Virus record (IMG/VR): IMGVR_UViG_3300037991_001232
Coordinates: 1-28,667 of that record
Reading direction: 5' to 3' (one strand)
DNA from: a virus
Taxonomy: Duplodnaviria > Caudoviricetes
DNA: 28,667 nucleotides
The notes beneath the pieces were generated by a model. That model ran no database searches, had not been told where the DNA came from, and saw only the letters and a list, made by a program, of their open reading frames with translations. Positions 1 to 9,700 of this stretch are shown here, in pieces (within the stretch, counting starts at the first letter, position 1; every line of letters starts with the position of its first letter). Made by a program: the position numbers and the translations under genes.

Positions 1-128
1 TGAAAGAAATGAAACAGATTGTTGAAGAATACGAAAAATAAGACATGGCAAAATTAGTTTTACCAGTAAGCGTCGAAACAATTGCAACAAGACATGATGG
101 TTCTGTCAAGATTGTGATGGGAACATAT
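1..128. repeat. Terminal direct repeat, left copy (circular overlap)
   Basis: 1-128 matches 28540-28667 except C/T at 71 vs 28610 and 74 vs 28613; ORFs run continuously across the junction. Confidence 0.95.
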
Positions 129-419
129 GAACTGAACACACAATCAGCAGTCAAATTGTTTGATTTAAGAAAGTCAGAAGCATTGATGTATCTTTCAAGT
201 GATAATATATCACAAGAAGAATTGGATGCTTTAGATGGCTTTAAATTAGATGCAGAAAAGACAGATGGAAAAACACCATCCCAAAGATTGAGAGCAGTTC
301 TCTATGTTTATTGGAAACAACACAAGCAAAAAGACATTGAATTTGACATCTTCTATTTAAAATACATGAATAGAACTATTGACAGAATCAAAGATAAACT
401 TGATGCAGAAACATACTAA
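45..419 (+). CDS. Hypothetical phage protein
   Basis: 124-aa ORF with ATG 3 nt after the upstream stop; contains a KTPSQRLRAVLY helix motif; function not recognised. Confidence 0.75.
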   Translation: MAKLVLPVSVETIATRHDGSVKIVMGTYELNTQSAVKLFDLRKSEALMYLSSDNISQEELDALDGFKLDAEKTDGKTPSQRLRAVLYVYWKQHKQKDIEFDIFYLKYMNRTIDRIKDKLDAETY

Positions 420-660
420 AATATATTTGAATTATTTTGATGCATTGTTTGGTGAATTTGTTCCTTGTGAAATGTGTGGAAAAGAAGCAGTGGATATTCA
501 TCACATTGAACCAAGACAAGCTGGTGGTTCAAAACTTAAAGACACTATTGATAATCTTATGGCATTGTGTAGAAAATGTCATTTGAAGTATGGTGATAAA
601 AAACAATATAAACAATTACTAAAAGAAAGGCACAATGAAAGACTTCAATCCAGACAATGA
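403..660 (+). CDS. HNH endonuclease (terminase-associated type)
   Basis: CEMC...DIHHIEPRQAGG...NLMALCRKCH (CxxC-HH-N-CxxCH); upstream of terS; ATG 403 preferred to TTG 379. Confidence 0.9.
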   Translation: MQKHTKIYLNYFDALFGEFVPCEMCGKEAVDIHHIEPRQAGGSKLKDTIDNLMALCRKCHLKYGDKKQYKQLLKERHNERLQSRQ

Positions 661-982
661 AAAGCATATGGAAATTGTTCAAGAAACAGAACAAGCTATT
701 AAAGAAGAAGCAGAAAAGCAAGTTGAAAAAGAATATCCAAGACTTGAAAATGGACAAGTGGATTTCATGACAATAATTTCACAAATGTTTGAAGGACAAA
801 TTGGTGTTGTTAACTATGTGCAAGGAATTTGCAAAGGTTATGCACTTGATATGTCTTTAAAGACTGCAAACAATCTAATGTCTGAACTTGACAATGGAAA
901 AACTAAACTGACTATGGATGATATTATTCCAGAAGAAATAAAACCAAGTCATGAGAAAGTGACACAAAATGACATAAAGTAA
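635..982 (+). CDS. Hypothetical protein
   Basis: 115-aa acidic ORF overlapping the HNH end, genome-typical codon usage. Confidence 0.75.
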   Translation: MKDFNPDNEKHMEIVQETEQAIKEEAEKQVEKEYPRLENGQVDFMTIISQMFEGQIGVVNYVQGICKGYALDMSLKTANNLMSELDNGKTKLTMDDIIPEEIKPSHEKVTQNDIK

Positions 983-987
983 TAATT

Positions 988-1062
988 ATGATATACATAT
1001 TTTTATTAGTACCAATTTTGATTGCAACCATTGTTGCTTACTACAAACTATTTGAAGAATAA
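988..1062 (+). CDS. Putative 24-aa single-pass membrane peptide (not in ORF track)
   Basis: ATG988-TAA1062 encodes MIYIFLLVPILIATIVAYYKLFEE and fills the gap between ORF 635-982 and terS. Confidence 0.5.
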   Translation: MIYIFLLVPILIATIVAYYKLFEE

Positions 1063-1064
1063 AA

Positions 1065-1352
1065 ATGCCATTTGAAAAAGGAAATCAACTTGCTGGTTCA
1101 AGAAAGGGTGTTCCAAACAAAACAACTGCTGAAATCAGAAATGCTTTTCAGATGCTTGTTGAAGACAACCTTGACAACATGAAAGTGTGGTTGTCTGATG
1201 TGGCAGCAGAAGACCCAGAAAGAGCATTGGAAATAATATTGAAGATGTCTGAATATATTGTTCCAAAGCTATCAAGAACAGAAGTCAAAGCAGACATCAC
1301 TGATAAATCAATTGTCATAAACTTAAACAGATTAAATGCCAAAGACAATTGA
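1065..1352 (+). CDS. terS: Terminase small subunit
   Basis: N-terminal MPFEKGN...SRKGVPNKTT motif typical of terS; overlaps terL start. Confidence 0.8.
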   Translation: MPFEKGNQLAGSRKGVPNKTTAEIRNAFQMLVEDNLDNMKVWLSDVAAEDPERALEIILKMSEYIVPKLSRTEVKADITDKSIVINLNRLNAKDN

Positions 1353-2652
1353 CATTGATTTGTTTGATAAACAAGCAGACTGTTTTGCTTATCTTGAAGA
1401 TAAGGTCACCACAGAAATATTGTTTGGGGGTGGTGCTGGTGGTTCAAAAACATTCACTGGTTGTCTATGGCAAATACACAGAAGACTTCAATATCCACAA
1501 ACAAGAAGTGTGATTGGAAGAAGTAAGTTGAAGAATTTAAAAGCAACAACACTAAACACATTCTTTGAAGTTGCACAAGACTTTGTTGGTCTTAAACCAA
1601 ATGAAGATTTTACATACAATGCACAAGAATCAACAATCACATTCTTTAATGGCTCAATCATATATTTGAAAGACTTGTTCTTATATCCATCAGACCCAGA
1701 CTTCACATCACTTGGTGGACTTGAAATCACAGATGCATTTGTTGATGAATGTGCAGAAGTATCACACAAGGCAATCAACATATTGAATTCAAGAATTAGA
1801 TTCAAGCTGGACAAGTTTGGTTTGATTCCAAAAACATTGATGACATGCAATCCAACAAAGTCATGGTTGTATTCTGAATTTTATAAACCATCTAAAGAAA
1901 ACAGATTGCCAGAACACAGACAATTCATTCAGTCACTTGTATCTGACAACACTGCAATTTCAGAACACTATGTCAAGCAACTTGAAAAGCTGGACAAGGT
2001 GTCAAGACAAAGACTTCTTCTTGGTGACTGGGAATACAATGAAGATGATGCACTTTTATTTGATTATGATTCAATTCATGATATGTTCACAAACAATGTT
2101 GAAGGTGGTATGAAACACATTACTTGTGATGTTGCAAGATTCGGTGCAGATAAAACCATCATCATTCTTTGGAATGGTCTAAATGCTGAAAAGATAGTTG
2201 CAAAGAATCAGTCATCAGTGACAGAAACAATTGATGCAATAAAACAAATGTCACATGAAAATAGTGTGCAAAGGTCACATATAATTGTTGATGAAGATGG
2301 TGTTGGTGGTGGTGTCAAAGATGGTCTGTCTGGTTGCAAAGGATTTGTCAATGGAAGTAAAGCACTAAAGTCAGAAAACTTTCAGAACCTAAAGACACAA
2401 TGTTTTTTTAAACTTGCAGAAATGGTCAACACTGGCAAGATTGCAATCAAAGACACCAGACACAAACAGACAATCATTGAAGAACTTGAAATCATTAAAA
2501 GAGATAAAATTGACAAAGACACACAGAAACTTGCTATCATACCAAAGGACACAATCAAATCATTGCTTGGAAGGTCACCAGACTTTGCAGATGCTTTGAT
2601 GATGCGAATGTGGTATGAAGTAAAAGGAAATTATGGTGTGTATGCTTTTTGA
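1336..2652 (+). CDS. terL: Terminase large subunit
   Basis: Walker A GGGAGGSKT, Walker B AFVDE, motif III TCNP, RNase H-like nuclease with CDVARFGADKT and SPDFADAL. Confidence 0.95.
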   Translation: MPKTIDIDLFDKQADCFAYLEDKVTTEILFGGGAGGSKTFTGCLWQIHRRLQYPQTRSVIGRSKLKNLKATTLNTFFEVAQDFVGLKPNEDFTYNAQESTITFFNGSIIYLKDLFLYPSDPDFTSLGGLEITDAFVDECAEVSHKAINILNSRIRFKLDKFGLIPKTLMTCNPTKSWLYSEFYKPSKENRLPEHRQFIQSLVSDNTAISEHYVKQLEKLDKVSRQRLLLGDWEYNEDDALLFDYDSIHDMFTNNVEGGMKHITCDVARFGADKTIIILWNGLNAEKIVAKNQSSVTETIDAIKQMSHENSVQRSHIIVDEDGVGGGVKDGLSGCKGFVNGSKALKSENFQNLKTQCFFKLAEMVNTGKIAIKDTRHKQTIIEELEIIKRDKIDKDTQKLAIIPKDTIKSLLGRSPDFADALMMRMWYEVKGNYGVYAF

Positions 2653-2687
2653 AAGGAAATTCACTAAAAACAACCTTTAAACTATTG
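2651..2687 (+). promoter_or_regulatory. Putative late promoter, copy 1
   Basis: GAAAGGAAA(2651-2659)-N15-CTTTAAACTATTG(2675-2687); same boxes and spacing at 13629-13665. Confidence 0.65.
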
Positions 2688-2689
2688 AA

Positions 2690-3262
2690 ATGAAGAAAAC
2701 TTTTGAAATATCAATTCCAACAGAATGGGAAGATGTAAGCATTGAAAAGTTTGTGAAATATTCACAAGCAGTCAATCATTTAGAGGATGACAAAGAAATT
2801 GTTGTCAAGACAATCAGCACATTGTGTTCAATTGCTGAAGAAGTGGTTGAAGTGATGAAAATGAAAGATTTGCAAAAGATTCAAACTACTCTGCAAAAGC
2901 TAATCAGCAAACCAATCAACAAAGAAATCATCAACAAAATTAACATTGAAGGAACAGTGTATGGATTTCATCCAAAACTTGATGAAATGACAATGGGTGA
3001 ATTTGTAGATGTTGAAACTTATGCAAAAGAAAATGACTTTGCTGGAATGATGTCTGTTCTTTACAGACCAATAATTCAAACACAAGGCAACAGATATAAT
3101 ATTGAACCATATGACACTGATGTCCATTATTCAAATTCTCAAAAGTTTAAAAAATTATCAATCAATGTAGGAAATGCAATTGCAGTTTTTTTTTGGGATT
3201 TAGGGAAAACACAACTTCAGCATTTCCAACAGTATTCAAAAAAGGTGGAAAAAGAAGTGTAG
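2690..3262 (+). CDS. Tail assembly chaperone, short (G-like) form
   Basis: 190-aa ORF with IPTEWEDVSI and MTMGEFVDVE motifs; slippery T9 run near its 3' end. Confidence 0.65.
   Translation: MKKTFEISIPTEWEDVSIEKFVKYSQAVNHLEDDKEIVVKTISTLCSIAEEVVEVMKMKDLQKIQTTLQKLISKPINKEIINKINIEGTVYGFHPKLDEMTMGEFVDVETYAKENDFAGMMSVLYRPIIQTQGNRYNIEPYDTDVHYSNSQKFKKLSINVGNAIAVFFWDLGKTQLQHFQQYSKKVEKEV
3186..3194 (+). promoter_or_regulatory. Programmed -1 frameshift slippery site (T TTT TTT)
   Basis: GTT TTT TTT TGG in frame 0; the -1 frame reads TTG GGA TTT AGG... and stays open to 3435. Confidence 0.75.
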
Positions 3263-3435
3263 GAAGCAACTATGGTTGGTTCAATGTAATTGATAACCTT
3301 GCATCTGGTGATTTGTTAAAGTTTGATAGCATCACAAAATTGCCATTGAATTTATGTTTGACAAAGATGTCATTGGATGCTGACAAGATGATTGAAAGAA
3401 ACAAAGAGTTGAAAAAGAAACAAAATCAAAGATGA
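3193..3435 (+). CDS. C-terminal extension of frameshifted chaperone (GT-like fusion 2690-3435, ~248 aa)
   Basis: -1 frame relative to 2690; no early ATG; NYGWFNVIDNLASGDLLKFDSIT motif; its stop overlaps the next ATG (ATGA). Confidence 0.7.
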   Translation: MGFRENTTSAFPTVFKKGGKRSVGSNYGWFNVIDNLASGDLLKFDSITKLPLNLCLTKMSLDADKMIERNKELKKKQNQR

Positions 3436-4637
3436 TTACATACAGAGGAATTATAGCATATTTTGATGCAATATGTGACAGACATCAACAGATTCAATCA
3501 TTTACATATGGTGAAATTGATTTGTTTGACAAGGATAAGTTTACCAAATATCCAGCTTTACACTTGACACCAACTGGAACTGCTATTGACAACCAAACAA
3601 TTGTATATGGTTTTGATGTGGTAGTGTTTGACAGATATGATGTTTCATCCAATAAGATGCGACATGAAGCAAATTGTTTGTCTGATTCATTGCTTATTCT
3701 TCAAGATATATGCAAAGAACTGACTGATGGAAAGTATTTCATAAATGAAGACACTAATATTTCAATGGATGTGCCAGTGGTATGTCAGCCATTTATTGAC
3801 ACTGAACCAGACAATTGTTCTGGTTGGACTACAACATTTAATGTAATCACACCAAATGAATCAAGTGCATGTTCTATTCCATATTATAATTCTGAAATAT
3901 GGAATCATAAAACTGCAACATTGCCATCTGGAACACCATCATCATATGCATGGTATTCAATGCTAAACACTGCAAACATTTTTGCATATAGTGGAAATGA
4001 AGTTTCTTCAGTTGCACCTTATCAAGATACTCTTGCTGGAAGTGACACACTGACTTTGACTGGTCAATCACTTACATTTGATAAAATTAAAAATGGTTTA
4101 TTTTTTAATGACCCATCAGTGAACACAGAATGCTATCTTGAACATCAAGGATTGACTGGTTCTGAATATACTTTCTTTATTAAAATAAAAGACTTTTCAA
4201 GATTTGGTGCAGATGCATTTTCACAAAGTTTGTTGACTTTTGAAAATAGTGCTGGAACAACTGATGTCATACTTAATATTTCAAATCAAAGTGGAAAACT
4301 TGCATTGCAAAATGCATTGACAAGTCTTTCTGAATTTCCTATCTGTCCAACAAATGGAACAAACATTGACACTGCACACAGAAGAATGCAACCTTTAACA
4401 TTAGCAATTAAATTTGATGCTGCTGCAACATTTATTGAATGTTATTACACAAATGATGCTCTGGAACAAATGAAAGTGACAACATCTGGTTTTGATTTAA
4501 ATGGTGGTAAATTTTACATTGGTTCAAAAGGGGTGACAAGATTTTGCAATTTCTACATGTCTGAATTCTTTTTTACAGATAGTGCAATGAATGATGCAGA
4601 TATATTGACAACAATAGAATGGTTGAATTATAGATGA
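3432..4637 (+). CDS. Putative tail terminator/completion protein fused to a C-terminal LamG/ConA-like domain
   Basis: First ~150 aa (KYPALHL, LSDSLLILQDI, CQPF...SGWTTTF...CSIP) resemble tail-terminator proteins; the last ~230 aa are beta-rich and end FYIG...SEFFFTDSAMNDADI. Confidence 0.55.
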   Translation: MITYRGIIAYFDAICDRHQQIQSFTYGEIDLFDKDKFTKYPALHLTPTGTAIDNQTIVYGFDVVVFDRYDVSSNKMRHEANCLSDSLLILQDICKELTDGKYFINEDTNISMDVPVVCQPFIDTEPDNCSGWTTTFNVITPNESSACSIPYYNSEIWNHKTATLPSGTPSSYAWYSMLNTANIFAYSGNEVSSVAPYQDTLAGSDTLTLTGQSLTFDKIKNGLFFNDPSVNTECYLEHQGLTGSEYTFFIKIKDFSRFGADAFSQSLLTFENSAGTTDVILNISNQSGKLALQNALTSLSEFPICPTNGTNIDTAHRRMQPLTLAIKFDAAATFIECYYTNDALEQMKVTTSGFDLNGGKFYIGSKGVTRFCNFYMSEFFFTDSAMNDADILTTIEWLNYR

Positions 4638-5212
4638 TAGGAACTACTAAACAACAGATGAACAAACTTGGTGCAAGGGTTGTCAAGTTAGCACAAATCA
4701 ATCTTGGTGCATCACAAACAATTGATGGCAAGAAGCGTGTGACTGATAACACTGGTGCATTAAGAAGTTCACTTGGTTACAGAATAAAACAAAACAGAAC
4801 TTCAAGTGGTCAATTCAGTTCTGGTTTTAAACTTGAACTTACTTCATCTGTTGATTATGCATCTTTTATTGAACAAGGTGTTCAAGGTTCAGAAAGCACA
4901 AAACCAAGTGCAAAAAAATCACCATTCAGATTCAAGTCAAGAAATCTTCCACAAGGTGTCATGGCTGGATGGATTGAAAGCAAACCAATTAAACTGCGTG
5001 AAATGGGAACTGGAAAGTTTTCAAAGAACACTGATGTTGCAAAAAAACAACTTGCATTTGTTCTTGGTAGAGCAGTTGCAACCAAAGGTATTTCAGCAGT
5101 CAATTACTTTGCTGATGCAGTTGAACAAGCAGTGCCAAAAGAAGGTGGTGAAGTAGCAGTTGCAATGGCACTTGATTGGATAAACGAATCATTAAAAAAA
5201 GGACTAAAATAA
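4634..5212 (+). CDS. Neck/tail completion protein (HK97 gp10-like)
   Basis: Basic protein with TGALRSSL, DYASFIEQG and KGISAVNYFADA motifs. Confidence 0.7.
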   Translation: MIGTTKQQMNKLGARVVKLAQINLGASQTIDGKKRVTDNTGALRSSLGYRIKQNRTSSGQFSSGFKLELTSSVDYASFIEQGVQGSESTKPSAKKSPFRFKSRNLPQGVMAGWIESKPIKLREMGTGKFSKNTDVAKKQLAFVLGRAVATKGISAVNYFADAVEQAVPKEGGEVAVAMALDWINESLKKGLK

Positions 5213-6771
5213 TGGCAATCACAACAGTTACAATAAATGATGACAATTTTATTTCATCCACTGGTGAAAACATGGCTTATATTGAAAGCAACAATGTTGT
5301 AAATTATAATTTAAGATTTTTGTGTGAAATCACATATTATACAGATTATTATTCATCTTCTGGTGGACAGAAAACAATTAAATTTGTTCAGCAACCAACA
5401 CAACAAGTTGGAATATACAGTTCAGCAGTTTTCAATTTGACTGAAATCATCAATTCAATAGTGACACCACAAATCAGTTCTTCAAATTTAGCAAATCCAC
5501 CAGACCCTTCAGCAATAGTTCCAACTGAATTATATAATATTCATGCACTTCCATCATATAAAGGAAATGCTGGTGTACAAGTTTTTTCAAATGGGATGTT
5601 GATGGGAACGGCAGTAATTGGATATGAAGACATCAGAGGTGTATCAAATGTGATGAATTGCAATTTTTATGAAATGTATTCACTTACTGAAGAAGGAATG
5701 CCAACAAAAGACCAGTCAACACAAGTATCAAAAAGACTTTATGTTTTCAAAGGTAGAGGTCAATCAGATTATGGTGCATTGCCAGATTTAAAAAACATAT
5801 ATGGACAATACAGTGATGGTTCAACAAAGCCAGTTTTAACATCAAACTACAATCCAACTGGTGGTGGTGACTTTGATTATGAAATAAATATTGGAAAGGA
5901 TGAATTCCACACCATGTCTTTTTTTGGTCGGTGTAACATAACACCAGCAACAGTTGCAGAAGCGTTTCAAATAAAATATTACAAAGCATCTGATGACTAT
6001 TATCTTGGACAATTAACATGCACAATGAATCTTGGGGCTGGTGCAAAATACTGGGAAAATTATATTGACAATATATATCCAGATTTTTATCGGATTTGTG
6101 GAGTTGGTTTTGAAAATCTTAACAGATTAGACCCTGACCCATTAGACCCATCTGAAGCATATTATGGAAATAAACCATCAGCATTTGAAGGCTGGATTCC
6201 AATAAGTGGTATGTATTATACATTCCAGCTTGGAAGTCTTGCACCAGTCACACATGCTTTTACTGGTTGTTCTGCATTGTACAAATTCAATATTGTATCA
6301 TATTGTGACAAATATGAACACATCCGACTTGCTTATATGAACAAGTTTGGTGCATGGGAATATATCACTTTGAACAAAAAGAAAGAAGAAACATTGAAGG
6401 TTGAAAGAGATTACATCACAAAACCTTTATTGAATCAAGCATTTTATCCAAGATTTACAACTGGTTTTGATGTTCCAGATGAATATATAAATGCAGCATA
6501 TCCTTTAAATGTTGCGAAGCGTGGAAAGATGACAACAGAAGTCAGACCAACAGAACATTTGACATTGTTTACAGATAACTTAAAACCTTATGAAATTGAA
6601 CAAATAAAAGACATGATGATGTCACCAGAAATTCATGATGTGACAACAATTAATGCTCAATCATTAATTTTGGAAAACACTGAAATGAAATTGAAAGGTT
6701 CAAAAAATACTGGGTTGTATGAATATGAATTAAAATTCAGTTATGCAAATCCAAAAAACAGAAAGTGGTAA
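5212..6771 (+). CDS. Virion tail structural protein (distal tail/baseplate-like)
   Basis: ATG5212 overlaps the upstream TAA; C-terminal RLAYMNKFGAWEY...MMSPEI...YELKFSYA; precedes the large tail protein. Confidence 0.6.
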   Translation: MAITTVTINDDNFISSTGENMAYIESNNVVNYNLRFLCEITYYTDYYSSSGGQKTIKFVQQPTQQVGIYSSAVFNLTEIINSIVTPQISSSNLANPPDPSAIVPTELYNIHALPSYKGNAGVQVFSNGMLMGTAVIGYEDIRGVSNVMNCNFYEMYSLTEEGMPTKDQSTQVSKRLYVFKGRGQSDYGALPDLKNIYGQYSDGSTKPVLTSNYNPTGGGDFDYEINIGKDEFHTMSFFGRCNITPATVAEAFQIKYYKASDDYYLGQLTCTMNLGAGAKYWENYIDNIYPDFYRICGVGFENLNRLDPDPLDPSEAYYGNKPSAFEGWIPISGMYYTFQLGSLAPVTHAFTGCSALYKFNIVSYCDKYEHIRLAYMNKFGAWEYITLNKKKEETLKVERDYITKPLLNQAFYPRFTTGFDVPDEYINAAYPLNVAKRGKMTTEVRPTEHLTLFTDNLKPYEIEQIKDMMMSPEIHDVTTINAQSLILENTEMKLKGSKNTGLYEYELKFSYANPKNRKW

Positions 6772-6774
6772 ATT

Positions 6775-9700
6775 ATGGCAACAACAATAAAAGCTCAAGT
6801 TCAATATTCAAGCACAAGTAGTCCCACTTATGAAACAGATTTTGTCATATTAGAACTTTCTGATGACCAGCCAGTAAACGCAAATTATCAGTTTAAAGAC
6901 ATACAAGACTTTTCAAACAACAAGGGAAGTCACACATACAACTTTAGAGTGCCATCAACACCAAGAAATGACATGTTCTTCAATCAGTATTTTGAAGTGA
7001 CACAATCTGGTAATTACAACCCAAAAGTAAAAGTCAATGCAACTATTCAAAAAGATGGTCTTGACATATTCAGAGGGTATTTGCAATTGGTTAATGTTTA
7101 TTGCAAAAATGATGATGCGTATTCATATGAATGTATTGTGTTCAATAACATTGGACAACTTGGTCAACTATTATCAGCAAGAAAATTATCTTCTTTTGAT
7201 TGGGACACATATGACCATCTAATGACAATTAACAACATAACAGAGTCAATGAACAGAGATGTCACACCATTTAAGAATGGTGACATTGTTTATTCCCTTT
7301 TTGATTATGGGTCAATGTTTGTTGGTGGTGATGAAGTTGGTTCAATTCAAATGACCCAGTCACCAATTGATGTGAGAAAGTTGAAACCACAATTGAGAGT
7401 TTCAAAAATATTTTCCACCATCATGGAACAAATTGGATATACATATGAATCAGATTTCATTGACAATGAAATCACTGATTTGTACATGGATTTGAATAAT
7501 GGTGAATATAGTATAAATACTCTTAATCAAGATTATTACAATATCAATGCAAACACAGTTGGTCAAACTGCTCAAACTTTCACAAGCGAACTTTTTCAGA
7601 CAATTCCACTTGAATTTTCAAATGCAACACTGAATTCTTCTGGAAATTGGGACACTTCAACAAGTGTATATTCACCAGACAACTTGTGGAATGAAGTTCA
7701 AATTCAATGCACCATTTCATTGGATGTATCACCATCAACTGGTTTGGATTCAAATTCAACTTTTCGTTTAATGGTTTGGGAAGTCAATGGTGCTGGAAAC
7801 TTGGTTGATTCAATTTATTCTTCACCACTTACTGCAATTTATGATGATGGAACTGGTGCATCATCATTTATCTGGTTTCAAGAATCACTTGCAATTGACA
7901 CATCATTAGAATATCAAATTGTTCTTCAACAATGGAATCCATCTGCGTCTGCTGGAAATACACTGACAGTATTAGTTGGTCAACTTCAAATTACACCTTT
8001 AGCAAGTGAAGGTCTTCCATACTATGTTCCAAATGGACTTCAAGTGATGGGACTAAATGCATCATTTACATTCAAAACTGCATTGAATATGCCAGACATG
8101 AATGCAATTGACTTTGTCACTTCATTATGTAAAAAGTTTAATTTGGTTGTGATTCCAGATGAATTCATTGACACACACTTTCAAATCATTCCATACAAAG
8201 ATTGGATTGACATGGGAAATGATGTGGACTGGACATCAAAACTTGACACTTCAAAAGATGTACAATTAAAACCAACAGTTGAACTTCAAGCAAAAAATTT
8301 GACATTTACAGATGACAAATCTGATGATGCTTGGAACAAAATGTTTTTTAATGCATCATCAAGAATATATGGTTCTGTTGAAATACAAAATGACAATGAC
8401 TTTGGAAAAGATAAGCAAGAAATAAAAACAGTATTTAAACCAACAATTACAAGGTTTATTTGGGGAACTGGATTCAAAAATACAATATGCTATGAAGAAG
8501 GGGACAAGAATGCTGGTGGTGCAAGGTTGTCTTGGTATTGTGGTTATCAGTACAGTACAACAGTTGTTGGTGAAATGTATTATTTAAGAGAAGGTGAAAC
8601 TGGTGGTTCACAAGGAAATTCAAAATATGCAGTTCTTCAAAATTGGAAAGATGCAGAACCAACATCAACAACAGAAGCAATTTCATTTCAAGGTGAATAC
8701 ACATATGAACTTGGCTATCCTTTAACACAAGGAGTTTATAACACATATTGGAGAAGATTTGTTGAAGAAACATATTCAAGGGATGCAAGACTTTTAGTTG
8801 GTCATTTTCATTTGACTTCCATTGACATCATGTCAATGAATTTCAATGACATTGTGCTTGTCAAAAATGAATTCTTCAGAATCAACAAGATTACCAATTA
8901 TCCGTTGATGGGAACTGGAACTTGTAAGGTTGAATTAATAAAGGTTAAAAGGTCACCATTGCTTGTTCTACCAGATGCAATTGATTGTGAAGCATCATTT
9001 ACTGGTGGTATAAATGCAGATGGAACAACTATTTGGAATGACAATAATAACTGGGGTTCAACACCAGTCATTCCAACAGAGAGTTGTTGTATTGCGCAAG
9101 GTTTTACCTTTGTAGATGGCAATTGCTACAATATTCCGTATGGTGGAAAACCACCAAAACCAGACATTCAAAATGATTCTTCACTTGGTGGAAACAATGC
9201 CATGACTGGAATCATGAATCATGTTGTTGGTCACAACAATAACATATCATCTTTTTCAACAATTAAAGGTTCACAAAATACAATGGACATCAATTCATCA
9301 CATATGGAAATCAGTGGTGATGAAAATTTAGTTTTTGATGGGACAACAAGGTCAAAGATAACTGGCAGCAATAATAAGCTGCAACCATATTCAATGCAAC
9401 TGGATGGTACAAGACTAAAAACATTTGTACTTCAATCACATAAAAATACCAACATGATTGGTGATTATGGGATTTCATTAGCAAGTGGTGATGTGTTTAT
9501 TTCTGGTGGTGCAGATAAGTTGTATAATACTGTTGGAAGAAGTGGTTCTGGTCAATTCATAAAACAAGGATGGACAACTGGTGAGGAAACAATATTGATT
9601 GGTCAAAATGGTGAATTCACACTTGACAGAACTTCAAATGACTTGTTCTTTTCAAGTCAAGGAACTAACATGTTCAGACTTCAATATCCATCATATATAA

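Noticed and set aside
1-128. Terminal repeat as the physical virion DTR
   Set aside because: It starts and ends mid-gene and is more simply explained as an assembly overlap of a circular or permuted genome; real termini cannot be determined from sequence alone.
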